The notes beneath the pieces were generated by a model. That model was not told the origin of the DNA. It searched no databases and saw only the letters and a program-made list of their open reading frames with translations. The position numbers and the translations under genes were made by a program. A stretch of 63,554 nt of DNA, filler included, from Phoronis australis (lineage: Eukaryota > Animalia > Phoronida): assembly GCA_002633005.1 (NCBI GenBank). It is 14 parts of 14 records of this genome, joined end to end, with 100 filler letters (N's around TTAATTAATTAA, not from the genome) between each part and the next. Parts side by side here need not be neighbours in the genome. Positions count along the whole stretch, not along the records: positions 21,473 to 31,788 come from NMRA01001762.1; positions 31,889 to 33,942 come from NMRA01003871.1; positions 34,043 to 36,219 come from NMRA01003810.1; 11 more parts are not named here. One strand, given 5' to 3'. Below, piece after piece: positions 23,367 through 35,048 of this stretch; the stretch's first letter is position 1, and every line of letters begins with the position of its first letter.

Positions 23367-26300
23367 ATAAACAGGGCACGGGAGCTGATTATCTAAACTG
23401 CACTCTTTCGAGACAATTACTTCTAGAAAATTTTCAAAACCAAAGAAGAGCATAGTCACTAGCTCTCATAGGGTCGACAACATCCCTCCAATATAACTTC
23501 TCGGCATCCTAAACGCATGGCCAACCGTGAATGGAACGACATTTTTGAGAATGAAGAGACCTTTCAATCTCTCAATACCACATAGATCTGCAACTGAGTT
23601 CACAGAGAAAATTGACAATAACAGAGACCCTACAAAGACTGAATGAACTTAGATTGCAAGACAGTACCATGTGACTGGGCCAAAATATTAATGGATATGA
23701 GTGGTACAGATCAGGAATCGGTTGCCTACATCCGAATCAGTCAAAAAATTAAGTGTGATGACTCAAAAAAGTGATCGTGGAGTCAAGTCAATCAACAAAA
23801 TAAACACCAAAATCAAAACAGGATCAAACACTCAATCCTATCTTACAACAAAATATATAGAATATACTTAAAAATGTCACAAACAAACAACTTCACAGAG
23901 AACCAAGTTTGAAAAAATTTTTAAACATGTCAAAATTACCACCAGATAGCTTTTCGTAGATATCACGATCACTAACAACAAGATAATTCACAACTCCCTT
24001 CATTTGTGAGTGTGCAATGATAGCACAGGTAAATATTCCGTAATACCCATACCTGTTGAGACTTTAAAAGCAGATTCCCAGTGCCTGGTGGCATAACCGT
24101 ACCTGGCTACTAAGAGAGTTGTGGTGCTTACAAGCTCATAAATTGTAAATAAAAATATTCGTATCAAATGTATTTATCCCGAAAACAATTTACAGACTAA
24201 ACTGTCAACAACAAGACATACTTGTTAATAACCAGCCACGTGGAACACTTCCTTGCTACCATGCACGGCGACAACTCTGGGAATCACTCGACCATCTCCA
24301 GCCACATACAACAACGGGTGTTTACACAGTCTTACAAGCAATTATTTGTGTACAGCACAAAGGAACCGTTCAAAGTTAGTCTTGACTCCTATTGAGTCCT
24401 GGCTCGGGACAATGTGGGGATCAATACTGAGGAAATGCAACATCGAGCGAGCGTTCAAATGTGTCTATGACGCAGTCACATCGGCAAACATGACACGTGA
24501 ATAGAAACTATTGCGGGAATTGGCAGTCGATAATCATTGCGAAAAAACAACAATAAAACTCTATCCAAGTAAATAACACCTCCACAAAAAATTCAATCAA
24601 AGATAACACAAAGTCAGCGTGCTTCAAACAAAACTGAGAACAGAAATTGATGATTTCTAAAGTTTGACTTCAATTTGAAATCAACTGGAATCTACCTGTA
24701 CCATCAATCCAATCAAAACAATCATAGGCATTTTGATTAATGTGCCATTTTCCAGAAGAAAACTTGGAAATAAGCAACGTAGCAAAATAACTTCATAAAA
24801 GGAAGATTAGGAATATCTCCACAAAGTTTGCGTCAAATTTTAATCAAGCTTACACATACCAACATGGCAACGCACTTTATTATAATTACTGAAAAAAAAA
24901 TTAAGTATTAATTTATGAATGAAAATAAAAGGTGAGAAAAAGTTATCAAAATGGTCCATTCACAAAATTGTAGAAAATCACCTATTTTTCTATTTTTAAT
25001 CACAAACAAATGTTTTGACATATCACAAAGTAAATTGCAAGAGTCAAAAGTTCCAGAAAAGCCTACTTATAGGCAACGAGGGGTTTTGTTAAAAAGTAGG
25101 AAAATTATACATTTTATTGTACATTTCACGAATTTTTAATAGCAGACGCAGTGTTCTAACATAGAAACTACAGTAAAAATTCTCCAATTTGGTACAGTCT
25201 CTAGACTTTGGAACATGGAAACCCCACCAGAAATTGAATTTTTTGATTCTGGAATTTGGGACAAGGGTGATTTTGGCATTCACCATATTTCTCTAATTTC
25301 AAACAATGTGTTTTCAATGTACAGAGAGGGTAATTTCGCGATCTTTCTGGTGATTCTTAAATTTGGGACTATTAGTGCCTTTACTTAGAATTTGGGACAA
25401 GCCCTGACTTTGAACAAAACAAATTAAATTTCCACTGCCCTGGAGCATTTTTACCATAAGTTAGTTTTGATTCTTATAAGATGTAGACCACCTGCTGCAG
25501 TAAAACTGACCTCAACTGGTTCCTTAGTCAGGTGACGTGATTTTTGGTCATGTAAAGAAGTGACGACTCTTTATTGCTTGAGACGTTGATTGGCATATAT
25601 GGCACGCCGTGACAAGTCAAAATGTGTCTCAACCAATTTAATTGTCAGTTCTTTCCAAACCCCAAAATCCCCTTGACAGTGGCGTCAGAAGCCTTTTCAC
25701 ATTAGTTGCGCAAATTGCCGACAAAATTGTCAATCAGGAAGGTATGGAGGGGTACTTCCTCCAGTGGGGGCAACTGGAGGGCCTCCCCAGAAAATCTTAA
25801 GAATTCCAAGTCTCATTTGGTATATTCTAGAGCCCTCGAAATGCCGTCTAAGACATACTTAGTGGAACACACTGGTCCGCCAGCTGCCGAACCTGAGGGA
25901 CAATTTACGTCAACCATGATTTACACATATTTACTTCCTATTTTCAAGGCCATAGGCCCAAAGTACATTTTCTAACAAAATACCAACACTACAAAGGCAA
26001 ATGAACAAACACTTTTTTCACATTGCTTTCATGAGATAACTCAAACGTCGTATACATAAAACAAAAACGAATTACTTAAGAAAAGTGCAACAGCGTTTCC
26101 AGATTTCACATACATAAAGAAATTTGATCATGTTCTTGATATTTCTTGCTAAAGATGTCGTCACGTGACCCGATAAATGACAGTTTGGTATATGACATGC
26201 CAAATATGACGGTTTTAATACCAACCACTAGGTGGTGTACTGGGTGGTGTACACTGGCCATAATGCTTTCAGCCCAATAAAATGAGCCAGCATTCTGAGA

Positions 26301-28764
26301 GAGTATGGTCTTGAGCAATAATAAAATGTCAGATACTCCCAACACTACAACTCCTTTATAATCAAAAAACCCAAGTTGACATCAGTTTAGTAGGTAGCCA
26401 GCCAGCTAGCTGTATGAAGACTGTCGTCAAACTTTAGTATACAGCTTTGCGCCAAGGGTACTTATAGCGAGATGTGATCTAAATCCAAGTTTATTACTGG
26501 ACACAAGACAGGTACACAACACAGGTACAACTCTAACCTATGGGGTGATACAGCAAATGCATCAATTAGTGAGTATAAATTTCATTCCCAATGACTCTTG
26601 TAACCACTGCCACGCCAAGGTGAACGGGTAAAAGGCTTTGAGACTGCACGCAAATCAATTCAGCACCAAAACAATGGAGAGGAAATGAAGCAAACAGTGG
26701 CGCATTCTTAATTGACAAAAAACTCCCAATAAACAATAGTCAATTAATTCCCAAACACAATGGGTAATATACCTATACTGTAATTGAGCAGAAATGTCTG
26801 TAAACAAGGTTTAAAACCATCGATACCAACGACAAAAATGAAACGGCAAACGTACTACAAGCACATAGAAGTAAGTGTTCAAACCAAGTCAAATGACAAT
26901 CTTACCAAATATTCGTAACCTGGCATGAATCCATAAAAACTGTCCAAACACTTCCAATCGTTGGATTCAAAACAAAGCAGCGTTACTGCCTTCTATCGAG
27001 CTGCATGGAGTTATTTTAGGCATTCAGTTATTCGCGTTTTGTTCAAACACCATAAACAATAATTCAGAAGACTATTCTTTACACAACACCTTAATTGAGA
27101 TCAGCTCGTGTTACATAGGCCAACAATACATAACAATGGAAGGCCCAGAGAGTGCAGTGTCATGTTTCACCAATTGAGACTCGTAAAAATATCGACTTGT
27201 GGGAATAGTCAGGCTTTGAAAATGGCATAGCTTTGTATTCATTGGTATATCAAGTAAATACCAGGAACTCCTGCGCGATACCATCTAGCCAATTTCAAAC
27301 ACAATACGGATGACAAGTTATTCTTTTTATAAACAGCATGGAGCATTCTATGCTCAAGTTCTGTAACATAGCTGCCAACAGAGAATATTTTGAAAAACGT
27401 GGGCATTCAAATAGGGTGAGCAAACCAAAATTTCAAGTTTAACAAAATTACATGAAGAGACATTCAAATGAAAGCCCTCATTGAGTATAATTTGTTGCTT
27501 TTTGAATTTTTAGAAACGGTTGAGGGGTTTTGATGCTACAGGCATTTTTGTCGCCCAAAAATAGGCCCTTTTTCTGGAATTCGGTGTTTAAAATTCGGAA
27601 TTGTGGTTAACCAAGAGTTTAAGCTTGAATTATATTAACAATATAGTTTATAAACTGCTAACAATGAGCTAACTTGTTCTTACTGTCTTGTATTTTAAGA
27701 CTAATCAGCTAAATTTGTGAGAAGTTGTACCTGTGATAATTACTAAGGTGTTCAAAATTGGAAAAAAACAACTCGACTTAGTTTTTTTCTGGTTTGTGAC
27801 GCTGCGTTTTTCATTCTGAGTGCAACTTCAAGACCCTATATTTTAAAAAAGGACACATATAGAACTCTGAAACTTTCAGGATGTCATAACATCATCATAG
27901 AAAGGTCACTTAAACATTAATGCTCCTGTATTAGTAAATGCATATTCAAAAAAAGTAATTTTAAATTTTAAAAAATCTCAAAATTGAACAATCTTGTAGA
28001 ATCGGCAACTTTTCACGATCTATTGAATGTATTTTGCTATATATCAAAAACCGTTAAAGATATTTGCCTAATTCTTTTTTTACCATGTTGTTCTAACACT
28101 CAGACATCATGTCAACACCTATAACAGGACATTAAATTTGAAAAACTTATTAGAATTTGAAATTGAAAAACCTACGAAAATTATAAAATTTTAACGTTTG
28201 CGGCATGTATGACGTAATATCTCAAAAACCGTACAAGATTTTTGCCTAATTTCTTTTCCTGTGTCACTACTAACTCTCAGTCATCACTTTGACACCTAAC
28301 ACAGCTCATTGAATTGGAACATAAATTTAAAAAATTGAAAATAAACTCATGAAAAACCATTACTTTTTAATTTCCTCGGGTGCGCATTTTGCCATAACTC
28401 CAAAATCCTCCAAGATTGCTCTAATTTAAGTCTGTAGAACTAAATGCTCTACCACCATATCAACACCTAAGCATTTCACTTTTCTGTAAATAGTTCATAG
28501 TCCAAATACCACATCTACTCTTGACTCCACAAAATGAAAATAGACATCCTGAGTTCCATTTTCGTACGTTTTGCTTTTAAGTAAACTATTAACTGATCTT
28601 GTTTAACTGCTATGTGTGCCAATGTGTCTACTTTAGTGTTGTTTTTAGTATTATGTTCTGTACTTATGTTGTATTAGAGTTGCAGTTGAATAAGTATTGG
28701 TTTTCAACATAAAAATGGCTTACACAGGGAATCGATGTGATCAAACATTCAAAGAACACTAAGA

Positions 28765-29435
28765 GGTAGGGATAGTCCTGTCAGTAATGATTGGTTCTAA
28801 TTCAAAGTTACCTGCTAAGTTGGAAGGTTCTGACAGTCACAGTCATTCAGTCACAATAACAACTAAATCTCATTGATGACGACAAAAAATTCATTATTAG
28901 CAACACAGTTCAAGAATTATTGGAATAAAATCCACCCGACGCCAACCCAACTGTATTGTGGGTTTGTAATGAGTACCTCAAGAAGTGATCGTCGTAGATT
29001 GAACATTTTTTGTATTTTGTAACGAACCATATGTCTAATTGTTTCAATCTATTTGCAGGGTTTGATATATCGTTTGGCTTTCACTGAAAAAATAATGAGC
29101 AGGTCTCTACAGTATGATGTACAACTGGCCCATATATTGCTACAGGATGGAGTGGTTCCTTGAACACGTGGATCCTCAACACCGTCATCCTCTTCTGCTT
29201 CATCACCATTATTCGTCTCATACTCAGTCAACCTCCTCCAAGTAGTCCAAGAGCACAAACAAGCACACTGCCGCCATAGATGCCATAGATTATCATACTT
29301 TGGTGTAGCGTTATGCTTTGAAACATATCTATGAATTTCTGGTAACATAAAGGTGTTTCACACACTTGCTGAGGACAATAGGAACATCGACACTTGGAAA
29401 TGAGGTGGCTGAGAAAGCCTGAGAGGAATGGCGCT
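28765..29435 (+). pseudogene. Highly degenerate pogo/Tigger-type (CENP-B HTH + DDE_1) transposase remnant
   Basis: Motifs appear in the expected order across shifting frames: RDSPVSNDWF*F; VQELLE*NPPDANPTVLWVCNE (P..IWNCDE-like); MEWFLEHVDPQHRHPLLLHHHYSSH/SVNLLQVVQEHK (PILLILDGHSSH-like); LPP/HRCHRLSYFGV (LPPHTSHRLQPLDV-like). Manual pattern match only. Confidence 0.55.
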
Positions 29436-29707
29436 TGCATAGTTGCCAACATTCAGAATGAAAAACCACCAGGAACATGCGTATCTAGGCCATACCGCAA
29501 GGGAGAAAGGTCTGCTGCAATTAACATCCAGAAATACAAAGCCGACTGCCTTAGTTTTTTAATTGAGACTACTCACGGCTGAAAATGAATGGGGAAATTG
29601 GTGTGGGAATAAAGGCACAAACATGTACAAAATTTGATGGTGTGATACGCGATACAAAGCCTAGAAGGGCAGGACGGTTCAAAAGCAAGACAGTTGGCAA
29701 CTATGCA
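29436..29707. mobile_element. Nested MITE
   Basis: Perfect 15-bp inverted repeat TGCATAGTTGCCAAC (29436-29450) / GTTGGCAACTATGCA (29693-29707). Confidence 0.75.
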
Positions 29708-31288
29708 TATGGCACAATACTGGTGTTGAAGTCTCCTTTTTTCACTGAACCTACTCCTGTAATTTAGATCTTCTCTCTTAATAAATGTTGAAAAGAGATC
29801 GAGGTATTAACAGTTATTAAGCAGTTAATAAGTGATTTATTTTATGTTTGTATGAGCCAAATACAAGTGGATTATGCAAAGTTACAAAACTGATCGAAGC
29901 TACAAGTTCCACTGGGGTGATCCAGTCTTGCATGCGATATAAGTTTTACTCCCGGCACATTTGAACGTCGCATTCTCAGTGTCTCAGTGAATGAATCACC
30001 GGTTTTACTGGCATGTCACCTTTCATTAAGAAATCCGGGAATACAATCAATTTTGATGCTGTTCTAAGTTGATTACATNAAAACGGAACAAAATAGGGTA
30101 AAACTACGGCGTCTACTTCAATGATTTCGCTTGAAGAATAGTAAGTTATAAAAATACTATTGTTTAATTCAATTATAAGAACGGGTTTTAATATTAGATC
30201 ACCAAAACTGAAATAACGCTGGTTTTCCCGGGCTTTCGGCAGATCCATTGAGTGACATCGAAAGCGGCCATTGCGGCGACAAGACAGTCGTATCTAGGTC
30301 ATCTTTGATTTGTGCTGCCGTCAACGAATGAGAAGTAATTTATGAATCAAATGTATATTAACTTACCTACTGTGAGTTCCTCTCCCTTAGTAATCCTTCG
30401 CCGAACATGATAAATTGTATGTCGTCGACAGTAAGGTAAAATCCAGCGGGCATTCTACTTGACATACTTTTTCGTCTGCTATAGATCGGGGGCGGAGTTT
30501 CGTGACGTCATTAGCAACCGTTGTTGTTTTTACTGTGTCGTGGAAGCCCAGACTGGCAAATTTGATTGCATTTTTCAACGAATCGTAGCATAGAAGGGGT
30601 TGTTTTTGACAGTTAATTGACATGTGGGATGTGTCAGGCAATAAATGGGTCAGCTGGCAGTGAGTGAACCAATTCGGGATCGTTTTTTGTGCGAACGCCA
30701 GATCGCGGTAAAGTTTAAACTTCAATTTTTGAATTATTTTTATCTCCGATTTCAAATTGGTTCACCCTGACAAAAATGCAGAATTTTATGCAGTTTAAAA
30801 TGATATATTAATCAGCTAATTTCATTCACGGACTGCAATGCTACGCCCAAGAATCCGACCCCCACTGAGCTGTCACAAAATTTTACGGAAGTGACGAAAA
30901 TGCGTGTGTAAGCCATTTTTAGTCAAAAATTTTAGTATTTCATTTAGGATGAGTGAATGTGTGTTGCACATGCATGGAAAGACGAAGAATCAGTGTTTAT
31001 CATCATATCAATTTTATTCTTATCGTGTAATGATCAAAAGAGATATGACAGTTTGAAAATCTAGAAAAATGGCCGATTTTGCCGATTCCAGAAAATCGGC
31101 CATTATGGTTTGCTCACCCTAATTCAAACCAATGTTAGAAGACCTTGAAAAAATACAAAAAGGGTAATTTTGGTAATAATTATCATCCAATATTGGTGAG
31201 ACTGTACCATGCTGTATGACACTGCCTACAGTTCTGGTGAATCTGCCCGTCGGTACATGGCACCTTTGATCAGGCCCTCGACGATGTA

Positions 31289-31510
31289 CTACCATAATCG
31301 TTCGGGTTAACGCCCATGCTCAGTTAACCGCCCATCCCCGACTTTACGTGGATTTCGATTTAACCGCCCACTGCTCAGTTAACCGCCCCCCTGCGATTTT
31401 TGAAGATTTCCAGTTAAGCGCCCACCTCTCGGTTAAGTGCCCATCCCCGACTTTTAAAGAATGAAGATTTAGCGCCTAGTGCTAAGGAAACGCGCGATTC
31501 CCCGACTTTA
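31289..31510 (+). mobile_element. DNA transposon end with iterated subterminal motifs (Tc1/mariner-pogo-like)
   Basis: About 7 copies of a TTAACCGCCCA-like motif in pairs, plus CCCCGACTTT three times, following TACCATAA. The partner end is not in the contig. Confidence 0.55.
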
Positions 31511-31888
31511 AGAAAAAGATGATGATCACAAAGAGCGCAACGACGCCGGGCTTCCGAGACGGTGGTTTAGCTATGTGAATTACAATTCTAGTAACAAGTT
31601 ATTGTCTTGGGTCATGGACTCACTTCAAAATATAATACTTGAACGTTTTTGTCACTTTATTTTCTTCCCATGTTTGCAAAGTTTAAGAACGCCGCCGGCG
31701 TCAAAACCTCCACTTTCAGCGACTTTGTCTGCCGCGCTGAGTTTCCATCTGTAGTGCACAAGATAAAACATATATTCGAAAAAATCAGNNNNNNNNNNNN
31801 NNNNNNNNNNNNNNNNNNNNNNNNNNNNNNNNTTAATTAATTAANNNNNNNNNNNNNNNNNNNNNNNNNNNNNNNNNNNNNNNNNNNN

Positions 31889-32883
31889 GGCTCCTTGGCG
31901 GTGGAGCTTTGCAGTTAATATGTATGGCAATGACCACATCTCCATTGACAGTACTAAACGATGAATGGTGCAGGTGCAAAAAGAACATGTGTGCTGGGAA
32001 ACTGAGTTTGTGCTGCAATGCTGGGTCAAACTGTACAGAAATGTGCAGCTGTGACAACTGTAGTAACATCAGCAACACTGACTGCATAACATTGCATAGT
32101 TCTTTGACAAGTCAACCCTAAACAGACCTCCAACCCCGCTGTTTCCTTTTTTTTGTATTAAAAAGTTAATTTTATTTGTTGATTAAGTCATAGAAAGTAC
32201 ATACTTTGATCATTGTCATGTATTTGTCTCATACTGCTTGATAAACGCTGTCAGAATAATCTATTTTCATACACTCTTTGTGCACATTCACAGAGATCAT
32301 TCAACTATATTGTTTTTGTACTATAACGTATTTCTGGTGTATTATGCAAACAAGCTGTATTTTACACCATTAGTCAATGTTTTAGTCATTGAGGCACAAA
32401 TTTTGCCCAGTCTCAAGTGTTTTGTGTTATTTTTGTTGCCTGACAATGCCACAATAACTTCCTAGTAACATTCAGATTTAGTTTGCATTTTTGCCACTAG
32501 GTGTCTCTTTACATTTTTTAAATTTCACTGTTTACAATTAATTTACAATAGTAAAACATGTAATGTGAGTGTAATATTGTTCAATACAATGGCACTGATG
32601 GGATCATATTATTTGTTTTACAAAAAGGTCACCAAAACTGTTGTTTTTACAAATATAAGTTTACTAAGCTCTTTGGTGATTATTAGGTAACTTCAAACTC
32701 AAATTTCTCAAAAATGTGCAACTTTATATGTGGGAACTTTTTAGATTTTGAAAACACTCTAATAAATGAATTAAAAAACACCAAAATNTAGATTTTGAAA
32801 ACACTCTAATAAATGAATTAAAAAACACCGAAATAAAATTGCCCCCCTAAAGTACTCACAAAAAACATTTTCTAGAGGCCCTA
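31889..32883 (+). mobile_element. Academ (AcademX-type) DNA transposon 3' end with C-terminal Cys8/CXC zinc-finger remnant (about 31891-32121)
   Basis: LQLICMAMTTSPLTVLNDEWCRCKKNMCAGKLSLCCNAGSNCTEMCSCDNCSN matches the CxC..C...CxC...CT..CxC..C.N tail of Academ proteins. The downstream AT-rich region ends ...TTTTCTAGAGGCCCTA, consistent with Academ TAG...CTA termini. Confidence 0.7.
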
Positions 32884-33472
32884 CAAATTCTGGCCCACCG
32901 ACTAGTAGTAAATGCTGGCGTGTGTTCCGTTGAGGGGAGAATCTCGCAAGACTTCGCGAGATATCGCTATGTATTACCAATGAGGCATGTGACCACGCTA
33001 GCTTCCTTAGCATGATTTTTGCGTCATGCTGAATTAAACATGCAGGCCCGTAGGTGTCGCAAAAGAGAAAGACTAGCTGATGACGTAAGCTTTGAGCAGG
33101 CTTCGGCAGGGGAAGTTTGATAGTATGGATTGATGATAGATGACGCAGTTTCTCAGGAAAAAATACGTGAGTTTGAACATAAGCTTTTTTATTCTCTCTT
33201 TGAAAAATCTACATTAACCGAAATTAGCTGTATCTAATATTTCATTGAAGTCCGTTCACTGTAAGTGAATAAATATCGAATTCAATACCCCAAACCAAAG
33301 AAATATTATCAATTCAAAATTCATTACAGACCTAACAACATGATGTCACTTAAGCATTGTTTTCAGTTGAACAACTCAAACATGTTTATTAAACCATTTG
33401 CGGCCGCTTCTCAAGACATTGTGCACGAATCACGTTTTGTCGTGTGTGTTTTCAACGCGAGGTTGCAATTAA

Positions 33473-33745
33473 AGGGCATTATCGACTTCAAGACCAAAAA
33501 ACAAACTCTTCTGGGATCATTTTAGGACGTAATAGAACTGTTAAAGTTAAAGGCCTTGACCAATTATAGAACAAAATCCGTTGCATTTCTGTAATTCCAT
33601 TATAAATCGCCAATGCTCGATGTTGCTGGCTGGACATTCGCTGAAATCAAAGTCATCTATTATTTATTAAGCATTTATCTCCGCCAGCTTTATACTGCCA
33701 CCGCGGAAATACGTCACAGATTCGCTTCTCGCGTATAATGTCCCT
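33473..33745. mobile_element. Kolobok-type non-autonomous element with TTAA target duplication
   Basis: TTAA|AGGGCATTAT ... TATAATGTCCCT|TTAA. Confidence 0.7.
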
Positions 33746-33799
33746 TTAAACAGTACACACCATGGATTTTTGCACATTTTGAATTACCGGTGGCCACAG

Positions 33800-33942
33800 A
33801 CTAAATGTATGACGTAAAATTTAGCTAAACCCATGTTTATTTTGTGTAATCAGCTCAAAATTTGGATTCACATTTCCCGCCATGTGACGTCATGGGTTGA
33901 ACACAAGAGATCAGTGACTAGCATTGAACAATGGCGGAGACC
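33800..33942 (+). promoter_or_regulatory. Candidate housekeeping-type promoter with start codon at the contig end
   Basis: E2F-like TTTCCCGCC (33873), palindromic CRE TGACGTCA (33885), then ACA-ATGGCGGAG at 33931, truncated by the spacer. Confidence 0.35.
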
Positions 33943-34042
33943 NNNNNNNNNNNNNNNNNNNNNNNNNNNNNNNNNNNNNNNNNNNNTTAATTAATTAANN
34001 NNNNNNNNNNNNNNNNNNNNNNNNNNNNNNNNNNNNNNNNNN

Positions 34043-35048
34043 TCGAGATGCTAGAAATGACGGCCGTGAGGCACTCAAGATTTTACGAGAACATTATACG
34101 GGGTGCAGTAAGCCACGAGTAATTGGGCTATATAGCGAACTGACGGCACTAAAAATGGAAGCAAATGAGTCTGTGACAGACTATCTAATCAGGGCAGAAC
34201 GTGCCGCAACTTACCTGTGAACAGCGGGAGAGGTTATAATTAAGTGATAGCCTGTTGATCGCAATGGCCATGAAGGGATTACCAGACAAATTCGGACCCT
34301 TCATCGTTTATGTGTCTCAGAACACAGATAAAATAACGTTTGGAGACTTCAAAGTGAAGTTAAAGTCTTTTGAAGAAAATGAAAATGCGAGACAAACAGA
34401 AGACTCCGTAATGAGGTCGGCGACCTACCGACGGAAGAAACCAGTGGAATGTTGGACGTGCGGTCGAAAAGGACGTAAAGCACAAGATTGCAGAACTCAA
34501 ACAAGATGGTGCAGACTGTGTAAAAACAGCTCCCACAACTTCGAAGATTGCCGAAGAAGGAAAGGTACAGGTAAAGCCCACAAAGCAGCTGAGGAACAAG
34601 ACCAGCAGGGAAGTAGATTTAATAATTTCAGTTTTAAGGTTAGCGATGATAGGTTTAAACATGATCAGATGTTAGTAAACAAACTGTTAGTTGATACTGG
34701 AGAACTATGGATTATTCACTCAGATTTAGAAAGTCTGAAAATGGTTTGAGAATTATTGGTTTTAGTGATGCAGATTGAGGATCATCTGATGACAGACACA
34801 GTATTACTGGATATTGTTTTAGCTGTTGTGAAAACATTGCAGATATGTTTACGAAGTTGATGTCAAAAGTGAAACTACAGAAGTTTGTTAACTATGTTTT
34901 TGGAAATGATGTTTGTAATTAAAGATTACATAATAAATGTGACGAATATGAGATCAAGGGGGAGTGTTAGAGTATGATCTCATATCCGAGTGAGTGCATG
35001 TGTAGGAGTAGTTCAGAGAATTAAGAATTATGTAATACACTCCCAACA
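34043..35048 (+). mobile_element. Internally deleted Ty1/Copia LTR retrotransposon (gag, protease stub, RT/RNase H ends, PPT, 3' LTR)
   Basis: Gag DGREALKILREHY.G.SKPRVI.LYSEL; two zinc knuckles (CWTCGRKGRKAQDC, CRLCKNSSHNFEDC); protease motif LLVDTG; then IIGFSDAD*GSSDDRHSITGYCF and ENIADMFTK; PPT AAGGGGGAG followed by TGTTAG...CCAACA (34965-35048). Confidence 0.93.

Larger units (their letters stand above)
27412..31121. mobile_element. 3.7-kb TIR DNA transposon with 7-bp TSD ATTCAAA
   Basis: ATTCAAA|TAGGGTGAGCAAACCA ... TGGTTTGCTCACCCTA|ATTCAAA (perfect 16-bp TIR). Degenerate tandem repeats of about 180 bp at about 27960-28480. Confidence 0.85.

Noticed and set aside
23990-27010. Isolated minus-strand donor-like sites (about 24052 and 26906) as exons
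   Set aside because: Short peptides with no recognisable homology and no phase-consistent partner exons.
29049-29348. 99-aa minus-strand ORF with an acidic patch as a gene
   Set aside because: No recognisable family; the opposite strand carries ordered pogo-like transposase motifs.
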